Position numbers and translations under genes: made by a program | Source: an uncultured Nitrospiraceae bacterium | GTDB taxonomy: Bacteria; Nitrospirota; Thermodesulfovibrionia; Thermodesulfovibrionales; SM23-35 | Length of the DNA: 64,000 nucleotides | Direction of reading: 5' to 3' | Assembly: GCA_963718855.1 (NCBI GenBank) | Contig: CAVRAA010000009.1 | Span: forward strand, 430,014 to 494,013 | Notes under the pieces: model-generated | Told to the model about the DNA's origin: nothing | Seen by the model: only the letters and a program-made list of their open reading frames with translations | Databases searched by the model: none | Shown here: piece after piece, positions 26,433 to 35,359 of the stretch | Layout: each line of letters begins with the position of its first letter | Position numbering within the stretch: position 1 is the stretch's first letter

Positions 26433-26589
26433 CAATAATGAGGCCTTACTTATGCACTCCTTAGTAAGTAAAAACAGTATAATCGGAAAGAAGGCACATA
26501 CAATGGACAAAGGTAGTTTATCCGGCTTCAGAAATTGAGCCCGGTTCCTGTAGAAGATATTTTCCAAGGAAAGTGAAATAGAATATCCA

Positions 26590-27831
26590 ATGCAACCGAA
26601 AAATAATTTCCTCTGGGGAGTCGCAACTTCCGCCTTCCAGCTTGAAGGATCACCGCATGCTGACTGGACGTCCTGGGACGCCATTCTGGATACGACTCCG
26701 AATGTAACCAATCATTACGTCCTCTACAGAGAAGACCTTGAGCTCCTGAAAGAGCTCGGCGTCAACGCATACCGGTTCTCGATAGAATGGAGCAGGATAC
26801 AGCCAAGGGAGAATGTGTGGGACGAGAAGGCAATCGAGCATTATCAGGAGATCATCAATATCCTCAATGAAAACCATATTGAGCCTATGGTTACGCTGCA
26901 CCATTTTACCCATCCGCTATGGTTCATCAAAAAATATCCCTGGCATAGCGATGCATCTGTCGACAAGTTCCTCGAATATACGGAGAAAATAGTATCCGCG
27001 ATCAAAGGGGTCCGGTACTGGATTACATTCAATGAGCCGTATGTTCTCCTTTTAGGCGGATACCTCGAAGGGTGCATGCCACCCGGCATCAGCAATCCTT
27101 CGCTGGCACTCAAAGCGCTGGAGAACATTCTCATATGCCATGGAAAGGCGTTCGACATGATCCATGCCAAAGTGCCCGGCGCCATGGTGAGTGTTGCGCA
27201 CAACATGGCGGCCCTTGCACCATGGGACAGATGGAACCCTTTCGACAGGCTGATTGCTGATATCGCAAAATATTTTTACAACCATTCGCTCCTCGACGCC
27301 TTTTTGACCGGCAGATTATACGTCAAATTCCCTTTCAGAAAACCGATCGAGCTCACTGTGCCGATTAAAGACAAACTCGACTTTTTCGGGGTGAATTACT
27401 ACACGAGGGTGCACATGCGATTTAACCCGTTCAAAAAGATGGGGGTCGAACTGAGGCACAGGGACATCGACGGATACGGCCTCACCGACATGGGATGGGA
27501 AATACACCCGCGCGGCCTCGCAAAGGTCCTGAGATATGCTTCGAAGCTGAACGTTCCCCTGCTCATCACCGAGAACGGCATCGCGACGCACAATGACCGG
27601 AAAAAAATAAAATTCATAAAGAGGCATATCGACACCATTGAACAGTGCATTCAGAACGGAATCGATGTGAGAGGCTATTTCTACTGGTCATTGATCGACA
27701 ACTACGAATGGCTGCAGGGACTTGATGCCCGGTTCGGCCTCTATCAGGTGGATTTCAATACCCTTGAGCGCAAACCCACCAAAGCAGCTTTATACTATTC
27801 ATATCTCATCAAAAGCAGAGCCCAGTTGTAA
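26590..27831 (+). CDS. glycoside hydrolase family 1 (beta-glucosidase type)
   Basis: 413 aa. Acid/base TFNEP and nucleophile ITENG motifs. N-terminal FLWGVATSAFQLEG. Confidence 0.9.
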   Translation: MQPKNNFLWGVATSAFQLEGSPHADWTSWDAILDTTPNVTNHYVLYREDLELLKELGVNAYRFSIEWSRIQPRENVWDEKAIEHYQEIINILNENHIEPMVTLHHFTHPLWFIKKYPWHSDASVDKFLEYTEKIVSAIKGVRYWITFNEPYVLLLGGYLEGCMPPGISNPSLALKALENILICHGKAFDMIHAKVPGAMVSVAHNMAALAPWDRWNPFDRLIADIAKYFYNHSLLDAFLTGRLYVKFPFRKPIELTVPIKDKLDFFGVNYYTRVHMRFNPFKKMGVELRHRDIDGYGLTDMGWEIHPRGLAKVLRYASKLNVPLLITENGIATHNDRKKIKFIKRHIDTIEQCIQNGIDVRGYFYWSLIDNYEWLQGLDARFGLYQVDFNTLERKPTKAALYYSYLIKSRAQL

Positions 27832-27848
27832 CAATAATTTCACACTTC

Positions 27849-27881
27849 CTTCATACTCCTGTAATTAATAAAACTTATCAT
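27849..27881 (+). promoter_or_regulatory. Pho-box-like operator + -10 (CTTCATactccTGTAAT, 10 nt, TATCAT)
   Basis: Half-sites at 27849 and 27860, -10 at 27876-27881, ATG at 27889 (7 nt later, no SD). Confidence 0.5.
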
Positions 27882-27888
27882 AGTATTA

Positions 27889-28581
27889 ATGTTATTGTGT
27901 GATTTTCATATTCACACGACGTACTCTGACGGCGCAGTGGAGTTGAGAAAAACTGTTGACCTCTTCGGACAGGCCGGGTTCGACGCCATTGCCATTACAG
28001 ACCATGTGGTCAACGGCGACAGCTCGTTCGGAAAGCTGGCCCACCGCTTCCGCTTCACGGTAAACGAAGATAACTTTGAGGCATACGCCTCTCACGTCAG
28101 GCAGGAGGCCGAACGGGCATGGGACAAGTACGGTATGCTCATCATCCCCGGCGTAGAGATCAGCAAAAACTATATTTCTTCTGATAAGTCAGCGCATTTC
28201 CTTATCCTCGACATTAAGGAGTTCATCCCTGCCTGCTGGAGTTACGAAAAGATATTTCTCGAGGCAAAGGCGCAGAAGGCTCTCATTATCGCCTGCCATC
28301 CGCATCACAGTTCAGAGATGGCGACAAGGGATACGCTCTTCCTCTGGAACAACAGGGAGAAGTACGCCAAATATATCGACGCCTGGGAGGTTGCGAACAG
28401 GGACGATGTCTTCAATGTGATAAGCCTGAAAAAATACCCGTATATCGCGAACAGCGATTTCCACAGGGTCCGGCATCTCTACTCATGGAAGACGCTCCTG
28501 AACTGTGAAAAGAATGCGGAATCCATAAAGCAGTGCATACGGCATAACAAGGGAGTGGCTATAACGCTGTTCCGGAACTGA
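27889..28581 (+). CDS. PHP-domain metal-dependent phosphoesterase
   Basis: CDFHIHTTYSDG at the N-terminus, ITDH, and later H-containing motifs (ACHPHH, NSDFH). Confidence 0.8.
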   Translation: MLLCDFHIHTTYSDGAVELRKTVDLFGQAGFDAIAITDHVVNGDSSFGKLAHRFRFTVNEDNFEAYASHVRQEAERAWDKYGMLIIPGVEISKNYISSDKSAHFLILDIKEFIPACWSYEKIFLEAKAQKALIIACHPHHSSEMATRDTLFLWNNREKYAKYIDAWEVANRDDVFNVISLKKYPYIANSDFHRVRHLYSWKTLLNCEKNAESIKQCIRHNKGVAITLFRN

Positions 28582-28592
28582 AAGGAGAAACG

Positions 28593-29811
28593 ATGGAGAT
28601 ATTTTATTTTTTTGCGGGGCTGTCAATGATAGGATTAGTGGCGTACGGATTCCAGATATGGGCAATCCGGTCGGCAATGAAAGCGAACGGCAAAGGGCCG
28701 GACACAGACAAGGCATCTTTGCCTTCAGCTCAACCCGGCGTTTCAGTTCTCAAGCCCCTGAAAGGGCTCGATGATAATTTGTTCGACAATATCGAGAGCA
28801 TCTGTCTGCAGGAGTACCCTGCATATGAAATCATTTTTTCATTGCAGGATTATAATGACCCTGCCTACAAAGTCGCCAGGAAGGTGAAGGAGAAATATCC
28901 GGAGAAAGATATCTCGATCATTATTGAACAGTGTAATGCAGGGCTGAATCCGAAGGTGAATAATCTTATTCCGGCATATACCGCTGCAAAATATGAGCAC
29001 ATCCTGATCAGCGACAGCAACGTGATGCCTGAAAAGGGTTACATAACAGAGATAATGAAACATATGGCAGATCCGCAGGTAGGGCTTGTCAGCAACCTGA
29101 TAAAGGGCGTCGGCGGAAGATCGGTCGGATCTATACTCGAAAATATTCATTTGAACTCCTTTATTATGGGCAGCGTCTGCTTCCTCGATTCGTTCCTTAA
29201 AATGCCGTGTGTCGTGGGCAAATCAATGCTTATGCGGAAAAAAGACCTTGAGGAGATCGGAGGCTTCAGGGCGGTGAAAGACGTCCTTGCCGAAGATTAT
29301 ATCATCGGCAAGAAGGATACAGGAGACCGGTAAAAAAGTTGTCCTGTCAAGCCACATGATAAAAAACGTGAATCATTATTGGGGCCTGCGGAAGTTCATC
29401 AACAGGCATACGAGATGGGGAAAGCTTCGGTGGAAAATAGGCGGGATAAAATACCTTTCTGAACTGCTCGGCAACGCAGTCTTCATGTCCTTTCTGCCGA
29501 TGATCCTGTGGGAATTGTCGGCAAGAACGATAGCTCTGGCGGCCTTTGTCAGCACGATGAAAATAGCGGGAGATGTCTATGTGGGCAGGCAGATCAAAAC
29601 GGAAATGAACCGCCTCCTCTATGTATTCTCCCCGATGAAAGATCTCGTCATAGGGGTCATCTGGTTTATCCCCCTTCTCAGCAACACGGTAGTATGGAGA
29701 GGAAACAAATATATCATAGGCAGGGATTCGAAATTGTCCCCATGCCCTGAAACAGGCTTGTGGTCATGGCGATACAGGCTTGTGGATTCGATAAGAACGA
29801 GATTTGCATAA
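28593..29811 (+). CDS. GT21-type (ceramide-glucosyltransferase-like) lipid glycosyltransferase, interrupted by a 1-nt frame change near 29311-29318
   Basis: VLKPLKGLD, ISDSN and LAEDY lie in ORF 28593-29333. The INRHTRWGKLRW ((Q/R)xxRW) motif lies in ORF 29287-29811. Removing one base in aagaaGgatacag gives ...AEDYIIGKKIQETGKKVVLS... Confidence 0.75.
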
Positions 29812-29820
29812 GACCTGAAA

Positions 29821-29864
29821 TGTAACATCTCTTTCATATTCCTGTAATATGCGTCTGCTAAGAT
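29821..29864 (+). promoter_or_regulatory. Pho-box-like operator + -10 (TGTAAC, TTTCAT, TGTAAT in 11-bp register; TAAGAT)
   Basis: Half-sites at 29821, 29832 and 29843. -10 at 29859-29864. Confidence 0.5.
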
Positions 29865-29886
29865 GAAATCAGAAAGGAGATTGAGA

Positions 29887-30084
29887 ATGAATATGTCAAC
29901 TGCAAACCAGGAGCTCACAAAGTTACACAGACACGAAACAGCATGCCCCTATAACGGGATCACGGTCTGCACCGCTTCTTTGTCGGCAATGGCAATCGAT
30001 GCGTATCGGCAAAATATCTGCTGCAGCACCGACAACTTTGACAACTGCCCTATTTTCCTTGCAAAGGTGTTGAGAAAACTCTGA
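29887..30084 (+). CDS. small 4-Cys protein (65 aa), paralogue of 30183-30416
   Basis: Start moved to MNMSTANQ, after AAAGGAGA. Pattern CPY-x5-C ... CC-x7-C-x-I-F. Has its own operator. Confidence 0.5.
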   Translation: MNMSTANQELTKLHRHETACPYNGITVCTASLSAMAIDAYRQNICCSTDNFDNCPIFLAKVLRKL

Positions 30085-30107
30085 ACATGCCTTTGCAACC
30101 CGGTTCC

Positions 30108-30164
30108 GGTAACAAAAACTTCATCCGTTTGTAACAGTCCTGTAACAGACAATGTGTTATTGTT
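30108..30164 (+). promoter_or_regulatory. Pho-box-like operator (GGTAAC at 30108; TGTAACagtccTGTAAC at 30130/30141) + TGTTAT/TATTGT -10 candidates
   Basis: Offsets are 22 and 11 bp. The gene start at 30183 has AAAGGAGG. Confidence 0.55.
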
Positions 30165-30182
30165 AAAAGAAAGGAGGTACCG

Positions 30183-30416
30183 ATGCATTTTAGCCGTATT
30201 TTCACATTATGTCCCTATCTCTCAGGCAGTCTTGAAGGCATTGTATGCAACGCCGCTCTGACATTGGTAAGAAACATCAGCGATATCGACCCTGACATGT
30301 GTATCACCAGGCATTTCGAACTCTGCCATATCTATATCTCCAAGCTTGGGGAGATGAACGCATTTCCGGCTTTCACCGAGACCGGGTGCGGACAGATTCC
30401 TTTAACCGAAATGTAA
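30183..30416 (+). CDS. small 4-Cys protein (77 aa), paralogue of 29887-30084
   Basis: CPY-x9-C ... C-x7-C-x-I-Y. Same order and spacing class as the upstream gene. Confidence 0.5.
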   Translation: MHFSRIFTLCPYLSGSLEGIVCNAALTLVRNISDIDPDMCITRHFELCHIYISKLGEMNAFPAFTETGCGQIPLTEM

Positions 30417-30455
30417 CATTCCCGTCATAACGCTGTAACACTGCCCTCGTATGAT
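30401..30455 (+). promoter_or_regulatory. Pho-box-like array of four half-sites (TTTAAC, TGTAAC, CGTCAT, TGTAAC) + TATGAT
   Basis: Half-sites start at 30401, 30412, 30423 and 30434. -10 at 30450-30455. ATG at 30462 (6 nt later, no SD). Confidence 0.6.
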
Positions 30456-30461
30456 AGTAGC

Positions 30462-30779
30462 ATGGTAACTCTTAACGATAACCATGGGCAGAACATTCAA
30501 TGCCCATTCTGCAACTCCGAAGCCCTCTACAAATATGGAAAAATCAGGACAGGCAAGCAGCGTTATCTGTGTATCATGTGCGGGAAACAGTTCACTCCTT
30601 CAAGCCGGAGATGCATCGTGAAAAACAGACCTGTCTGCCCGGAATGCGGCGGATTAATGCATCTTTACAAAAGAGAAGGCGATACAGTGAGATTCAGGTG
30701 TGCATGCTATCCGAAATGCAGAACATATTTCAAGAAAATGGAAATACAGGAGGTCCCTCGTGAGCTATTACATGCATAA
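30462..30779 (+). CDS. double zinc-ribbon protein (IS1 InsA-like CxxC...CxxC ribbon + topoisomerase-type C4 ribbon)
   Basis: CPFCNS ... GKQRYLCIMCGKQF, then CPECGG ... FRCACYPKCRTYF. Confidence 0.55.
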   Translation: MVTLNDNHGQNIQCPFCNSEALYKYGKIRTGKQRYLCIMCGKQFTPSSRRCIVKNRPVCPECGGLMHLYKREGDTVRFRCACYPKCRTYFKKMEIQEVPRELLHA

Positions 30780-31131
30780 TGTTCCCGGAAGGCTGAGAAT
30801 TAAGACTCCCTTTATCAAAGGCAGGGAAAAGTCCGCGCAGCATGTAGAAGTATTTCTGCGGCAGATACGGGGAGTATTTTCGATCTCTACAAACACCGTT
30901 ACCGGAAGTGTTGTTATCAATTACGACCAGAACAGGATCACTGTCGGCGAGTTGCTGAAGATTCTTCAGACAAGAGGCATATTTGATCCCTCGAAGGCCG
31001 TAACGAACGAACAGTACATACACAATACTGCTTCCAAGGCCGGCAATATTGTCTATAAGGCTTTTCTGGGTACAATCGTGGAGCAGACCCTTCAGGGTTC
31101 TCCACTCGCACTCCTCGGCCTGCTTATTTAG
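30760..31131 (+). CDS. HMA2-like (Cys-less ferredoxin-fold) domain protein
   Basis: GTG start after CAGGAGG. VPGRLRIKTPFIKG ... VFSISTNTVTGSVVINYD is the same N-terminal pattern as in 62834-63313, the ATPase N-terminus and 63847-64000. Confidence 0.5.
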   Translation: MSYYMHNVPGRLRIKTPFIKGREKSAQHVEVFLRQIRGVFSISTNTVTGSVVINYDQNRITVGELLKILQTRGIFDPSKAVTNEQYIHNTASKAGNIVYKAFLGTIVEQTLQGSPLALLGLLI

Positions 31132-31236
31132 GCAATCACCCCTTAGCCCGCCTAGTTATCTTTTTATTCTTAATTTATTCTTTGCAGCGTCGTCAGGCAG
31201 TGCCTTGGAGAAATTGAGGATATACTCCGTCCATGG

Positions 31237-31653
31237 ATGCAGCCCATCTTTGACAACCTTGATGTCATCGTAAAGACGCCTTTTGAAAGAAAGGACGATA
31301 CCAATGTCTCAAAATACCGCAGTCTTGACTACCTTATCGAATCGGGGATCGTGCATATTGAACCGCTCATGTACATACGCGGGAGGAGCTTGCCCGGGAA
31401 ATTCCTTATTATCGATGAAGCTCAGAACCTGAGGCCCCTCGACGTAAAAACGATCCTTACCCGGGCCGGAGAAGGGACAAAAGTAGTGCTTACCGGCGAC
31501 CTCCATCAGATCGACACACCCTATCTTGATACCTACAGCAATGGGCTTGCCTACCTAATCAGCAAATTCATTAACGAACGTTTTTTCTGTTACCTGAATC
31601 TCAGGAAAAGCGCCCGATCTGCCCTTGCAGAGCGGTCCGCCGAGCTCCTGTGA
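31237..31653 (+). pseudogene. 3' remnant of a PhoH-like ATPase gene
   Basis: Only the C-terminal ~140 aa are present (LIIDEAQNL Walker B, VVLTGDLHQID). There is no Walker A and no N-terminal domain upstream. Confidence 0.6.
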
Positions 31654-31873
31654 GATGAGAGAGGCTGCTTTTGCCAGACCGTCTTTGATGCATTCGAGGG
31701 CTTGGAGGGCCAGCAGTTTTCTGTCTTGCGAATGTCTGGACACCGCTGCGATATCATTGATGATCGGGCTAAAAAACAGGACTGCACGGATAGGCCGCAT
31801 TCCAAGGAGATTCCAGAAGATACGTCGGCGGATGCGGCTCCGGCAGAACGTCCCTACACTACCTCGCCCGGGT

Positions 31874-31895
31874 CCGAACCGCTCATGCGGTTCGG
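31874..31895 (-). terminator. hairpin 20 nt downstream of the TonB-dependent receptor stop
   Basis: Perfect 9-bp stem ccgaaccgc/gcggttcgg with a 4-nt loop. No clear U-tract. Confidence 0.4.
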
Positions 31896-31915
31896 CTGCT
31901 GTGTAGTTTCCGCGG

Positions 31916-34720
31916 TTATATGCCGTACGATATGCTGAAAGCAACGCTCATGCCTTCCTTATACCGCTGATAGGTTTTTCCTCCCTGGGTAAACAGGACT
32001 TCTTCATCAAGCAGGTTCTTGGCTGCAAGTTTCATTCCCCAGTTGCCAAAGCGCTTGATCATGATAAGATCAAGCCAATTCGTCGGCTCCTCAATGATGT
32101 CAGGCAGACCAAGAACGCCGACATCGCTTATCCTTTCACCCACGTAATTATAGAGGAGACGGGTGGTGAGGTCCCAGTTCTTGAGGGTGTATTCCAAAAC
32201 AAGATTGGCTATGTGGTCCGACTGTCCCTGAAGGGACCGCGACTGTGAGGTCATATTTACTGTGTGAATTCCCGCAGGCTTTATATCGACACTGGAATCG
32301 ATATAGGAATAGTTGGCAAAGATGCTGAAAGGAGTCAGAAAAGAATGGACAAACCCCAAATTCTTTCTCACCTCAAGCTCAATACCGTAATTTTCCGCCT
32401 GTAACGAATTTTGGTAGGTGCTTCTGAACACGGTACTGCTGCTGATCTCCCTTGTCCTCTCGATCGGATCATCGATATCCTTGTAGAAAAGGCTTACGGC
32501 AAGAAGATCTTCCGGACTCAGGAACCATTCCCATCTAAAGTCGTAACTGGTGATAAGGGCGCGTTGCAGGTCCGGGTTCCCGATTGTTTCAATGCCGGTA
32601 GCAGAGTCCCTGAATAGAAATGGCGCGATCTCCCTGAACTCAGGCCGGTTGACAGTGCGGGCAAAGCCAAGGCGCAGATTCATATCTTTGGTCAGACTGT
32701 AAATAAGGTTGACAGAAGGAAAATAATCCGTATCCTTATTGCTCACATTTACCGGGGTAAAAGGCGGAGAGGTATCCTCGTGATCAAATCCATCAAGCGT
32801 CTGGTCTGATTTTTCGATTCTGAGACCGCCGACGAAACGCAGATTTTCCAAAAAGAACTTGGAAGTATCTGCCATAAGATACCCGGCGGTAATTTGGTGG
32901 TCCGCCTCATAATGGTCTGAGGGGTGGGTATTCTCCTGAATCTGTATGCCATTCTGATAGATATTTCTTGGGATAAAAATACTCTCAGGGTCCTGGGTAA
33001 GGTCAATACCTGCATAACTGCCCGCAAACTGGAAACTCCGGTAGTCGAATGTCCTGTCACGATAGGATACAGCGGGACCGAACTTTGCTTTCAAGGGATG
33101 ACCGATTAATCCCCCAAAATCCAATTCCCAGTCAAACCCGGCCTCATAACTGTCTTCTTCGAGCTCTGTATACGATCGGGACCCGCTCTTCCCGGACGGA
33201 TAGAACATAAATTCATAAGGAGGAGTCCTGTTAACCGTATAGATCACCTCCCTCAAATCCGGCTCATCAAGGGTCGAATTGCCGTAGCCCAGCCTCCATT
33301 TTATGGTGCTGTCGAGCCCCTTAATCGGGGTGGCAAAAGGAAGCCCTGCAAAGTAATGGCTGCCGGAAAGCTGGCCCGAATAGATCCCCTCCTCGCTCCA
33401 GTAAAGACGTTCTGTCTTTGTATTCAGTTCATCTGTAGGTGCAGGATCGCCATATTTATTTTCATCGACAAAGCCCGCTGACGACCTTACCTGGTCTTTA
33501 GCCTTTCTCGTATAAAGATTCTTGAATGATACTTTGTGTTCAGGGGTAAATTCATAGCCCATATTCAGTATGCCGCTCCAGTTATAGGTCTCTTCCCAAT
33601 AGGTAAAATCCTGATTTTTCTGTATTTCCAGGCCGGTGTCCTGCGGAGTATAGCTGAAGAGTTCCTCATCCCTTGTCTGATAATCTGCGTCGTACGTGAG
33701 ATCGAAAACAAAACCGAATTTATCGAATTTATTGCCGATATGAAAATTCGCTCCATACGCGGGCGGAGCTGTTTTGGTATTTGTATTCCATATGTTGGGG
33801 AATGATTCGCCGAAATTCTCCAGTTCCTGCGGGGTATAATTCCCGCCGATAACCTTCTTATCCGGTATACTGTCAGGCAGTTCACGCGCTCCATCGTCAA
33901 AACCAAGCCAATCGAGGTCTCCACCTTTATAGGTTTTGAAATCCTTCCCCGTTGTCTCGGCGTTATACTCTGTTGAAGCAGAAATCTTCACCTCAAAGGT
34001 ATCAGGATAATCTTTCGTGGTTATCTGTACAACCCCGGCGGTAAACTCCCCCGGCAGGTCTGGAGTATAGGATTTAACAACATTCACCGATTCGACCACA
34101 TCGGCAGAGAAGAGGTCCAGAGGCACCACTTTCTTTTCTGTCTGGGTTGACGGCAGCGCGGTGTCATTGAGCGACGCCGAGGTATACCGCTCACCAAGTC
34201 CACGTATATAAACAAATTTATCGTCTACAATGGTAATGCCGGGCGCTCTTTCAATAACCGAGGCCACGTCCGAATCCGGCTGCTTCGCAATCGTTTCAGC
34301 GCTCACACTGTCTGTAACCGCCGGAGCTTTCTTTCTGATAAGAAGCTGGGTGGCCTCAGTCGCTTTCACCGCTTCCACCACAACCTCTACCACGGTCACA
34401 TCGGCTTCTTTGGGATTCAGCGAAAGATCAATGCGCGTTGGTTTGCCCGGCGTTACGGTAATGTCTTTCACACGCTGTCCCTGATACTGCGGATAGAAGA
34501 CCCTGATTTCGTATTTCCCTGGCGGCAAGGAAACACCGTATTTCCCGTCAACATCGGTAAAGGCCTTCTTGCCCGACTCCAAAACCTCTATGCCGGCATC
34601 GATCAGGGGCTCGCCTGTTTTGCTGTCTATGATGACTCCGCTGATGACCCCTGTTGACTCTGCAAAAACAAAAGAAGGAAGGAACAGACATACTACGATT
34701 AAAAAAAGCAGTTTCTTCAC
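31916..34720 (-). CDS. TonB-dependent receptor with N-terminal carboxypeptidase-regulatory-like domain
   Basis: Start moved to GTG (VKKLLFLIVVCLF signal peptide) after GGAGG. GVISGVIIDSKTGEPL...GKYEIRV, then the plug (VYIRGLGERYTSASLND), then a long beta-barrel. Confidence 0.85.
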   Translation of the reverse strand: MKKLLFLIVVCLFLPSFVFAESTGVISGVIIDSKTGEPLIDAGIEVLESGKKAFTDVDGKYGVSLPPGKYEIRVFYPQYQGQRVKDITVTPGKPTRIDLSLNPKEADVTVVEVVVEAVKATEATQLLIRKKAPAVTDSVSAETIAKQPDSDVASVIERAPGITIVDDKFVYIRGLGERYTSASLNDTALPSTQTEKKVVPLDLFSADVVESVNVVKSYTPDLPGEFTAGVVQITTKDYPDTFEVKISASTEYNAETTGKDFKTYKGGDLDWLGFDDGARELPDSIPDKKVIGGNYTPQELENFGESFPNIWNTNTKTAPPAYGANFHIGNKFDKFGFVFDLTYDADYQTRDEELFSYTPQDTGLEIQKNQDFTYWEETYNWSGILNMGYEFTPEHKVSFKNLYTRKAKDQVRSSAGFVDENKYGDPAPTDELNTKTERLYWSEEGIYSGQLSGSHYFAGLPFATPIKGLDSTIKWRLGYGNSTLDEPDLREVIYTVNRTPPYEFMFYPSGKSGSRSYTELEEDSYEAGFDWELDFGGLIGHPLKAKFGPAVSYRDRTFDYRSFQFAGSYAGIDLTQDPESIFIPRNIYQNGIQIQENTHPSDHYEADHQITAGYLMADTSKFFLENLRFVGGLRIEKSDQTLDGFDHEDTSPPFTPVNVSNKDTDYFPSVNLIYSLTKDMNLRLGFARTVNRPEFREIAPFLFRDSATGIETIGNPDLQRALITSYDFRWEWFLSPEDLLAVSLFYKDIDDPIERTREISSSTVFRSTYQNSLQAENYGIELEVRKNLGFVHSFLTPFSIFANYSYIDSSVDIKPAGIHTVNMTSQSRSLQGQSDHIANLVLEYTLKNWDLTTRLLYNYVGERISDVGVLGLPDIIEEPTNWLDLIMIKRFGNWGMKLAAKNLLDEEVLFTQGGKTYQRYKEGMSVAFSISYGI

Positions 34721-34813
34721 GTGGACCTCCGCAATAGTATCGATATTTAATGAAAACCCTGAGTCAAAAGCGCAGGGCCTCAATGCACAGGAAAAAGACC
34801 GTCGGAATATGTT

Positions 34814-34868
34814 GTAGCCGCGAACTTTAGTTTGCGCAGCATATACACAGGCGAAAGCCTGCGGCAAC
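34814..34868. repeat. third, inverted and degenerate copy of the gtagccgc...gcggctac REP
   Basis: gtagccgcgaactttagtttgcgcagcatatacacaggcgaaagcctgcggcaac. Confidence 0.5.
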
Positions 34869-34939
34869 CATCGTGACACAGCCTTCACGTCGGGCAACAC
34901 CATTCGTCTCCTGGAACGATTTTCCAGTGACGCGCTGTA

Positions 34940-35359
34940 TCAGTTCTGCTTCAGTTGTTTGGTCAGCAATGAAATAGTGACGGCCCGACCCTCTCTGGCG
35001 CGGTCCATCGCCTGCACTGCGAACCCGTAGCGTGCATCGTCTTTGATATCAACAAACAGGGTGTGGTCATTTTTTGCCGCGAACATCCTTTTCAGTCTTT
35101 CAGGAAGCTGATCTATCGGGACCTCGGTTTTATTCACGAACACCCTGTCTTTCGACAGAACCTGCAACACCAAAGGCTCCTGTTTGCTTGAGGACTGCAC
35201 TTCCTTTTTTTCCTGCTTTGGCAGGTGTGTCCAGAATTCCCTCATCAGCAGTGGAGTAACCACCATGAATATGATGAGCAGGACAAGTACAACATCCACA
35301 AGCGGTGTGACGTTCATTTCCGGAGCTTTTCTTTTTCCTGAAGCAATATTAAATGCCAT
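34940..35359 (-). CDS. exbD: biopolymer transport protein ExbD/TolR
   Basis: 139 aa: NVTPLVDVVLVLLIIFMV, one TM segment plus a periplasmic domain. Confidence 0.85.
   Translation of the reverse strand: MAFNIASGKRKAPEMNVTPLVDVVLVLLIIFMVVTPLLMREFWTHLPKQEKKEVQSSSKQEPLVLQVLSKDRVFVNKTEVPIDQLPERLKRMFAAKNDHTLFVDIKDDARYGFAVQAMDRAREGRAVTISLLTKQLKQN

Noticed and set aside
26478-26483. Perfect TATAAT upstream of the GH1 gene, as a promoter call.
   Set aside because: I could not pair it with any acceptable -35 or operator at 16-19 nt, so I left it unannotated.
26352-26711. 119-aa minus-strand ORF upstream of the GH1 gene.
   Set aside because: It is built on the double-hairpin repeat (PPFGKGRLGGIS) and overlaps the GH1 start. 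It is most likely spurious.
31555-31944. ORFs on both strands between the PhoH remnant and the receptor gene (31555-31944 minus, 31625-31906 plus, 31702-31938 plus).
   Set aside because: They mutually overlap, are Arg/Ser-rich and have no motifs or RBS. The region looks like a non-coding scar.
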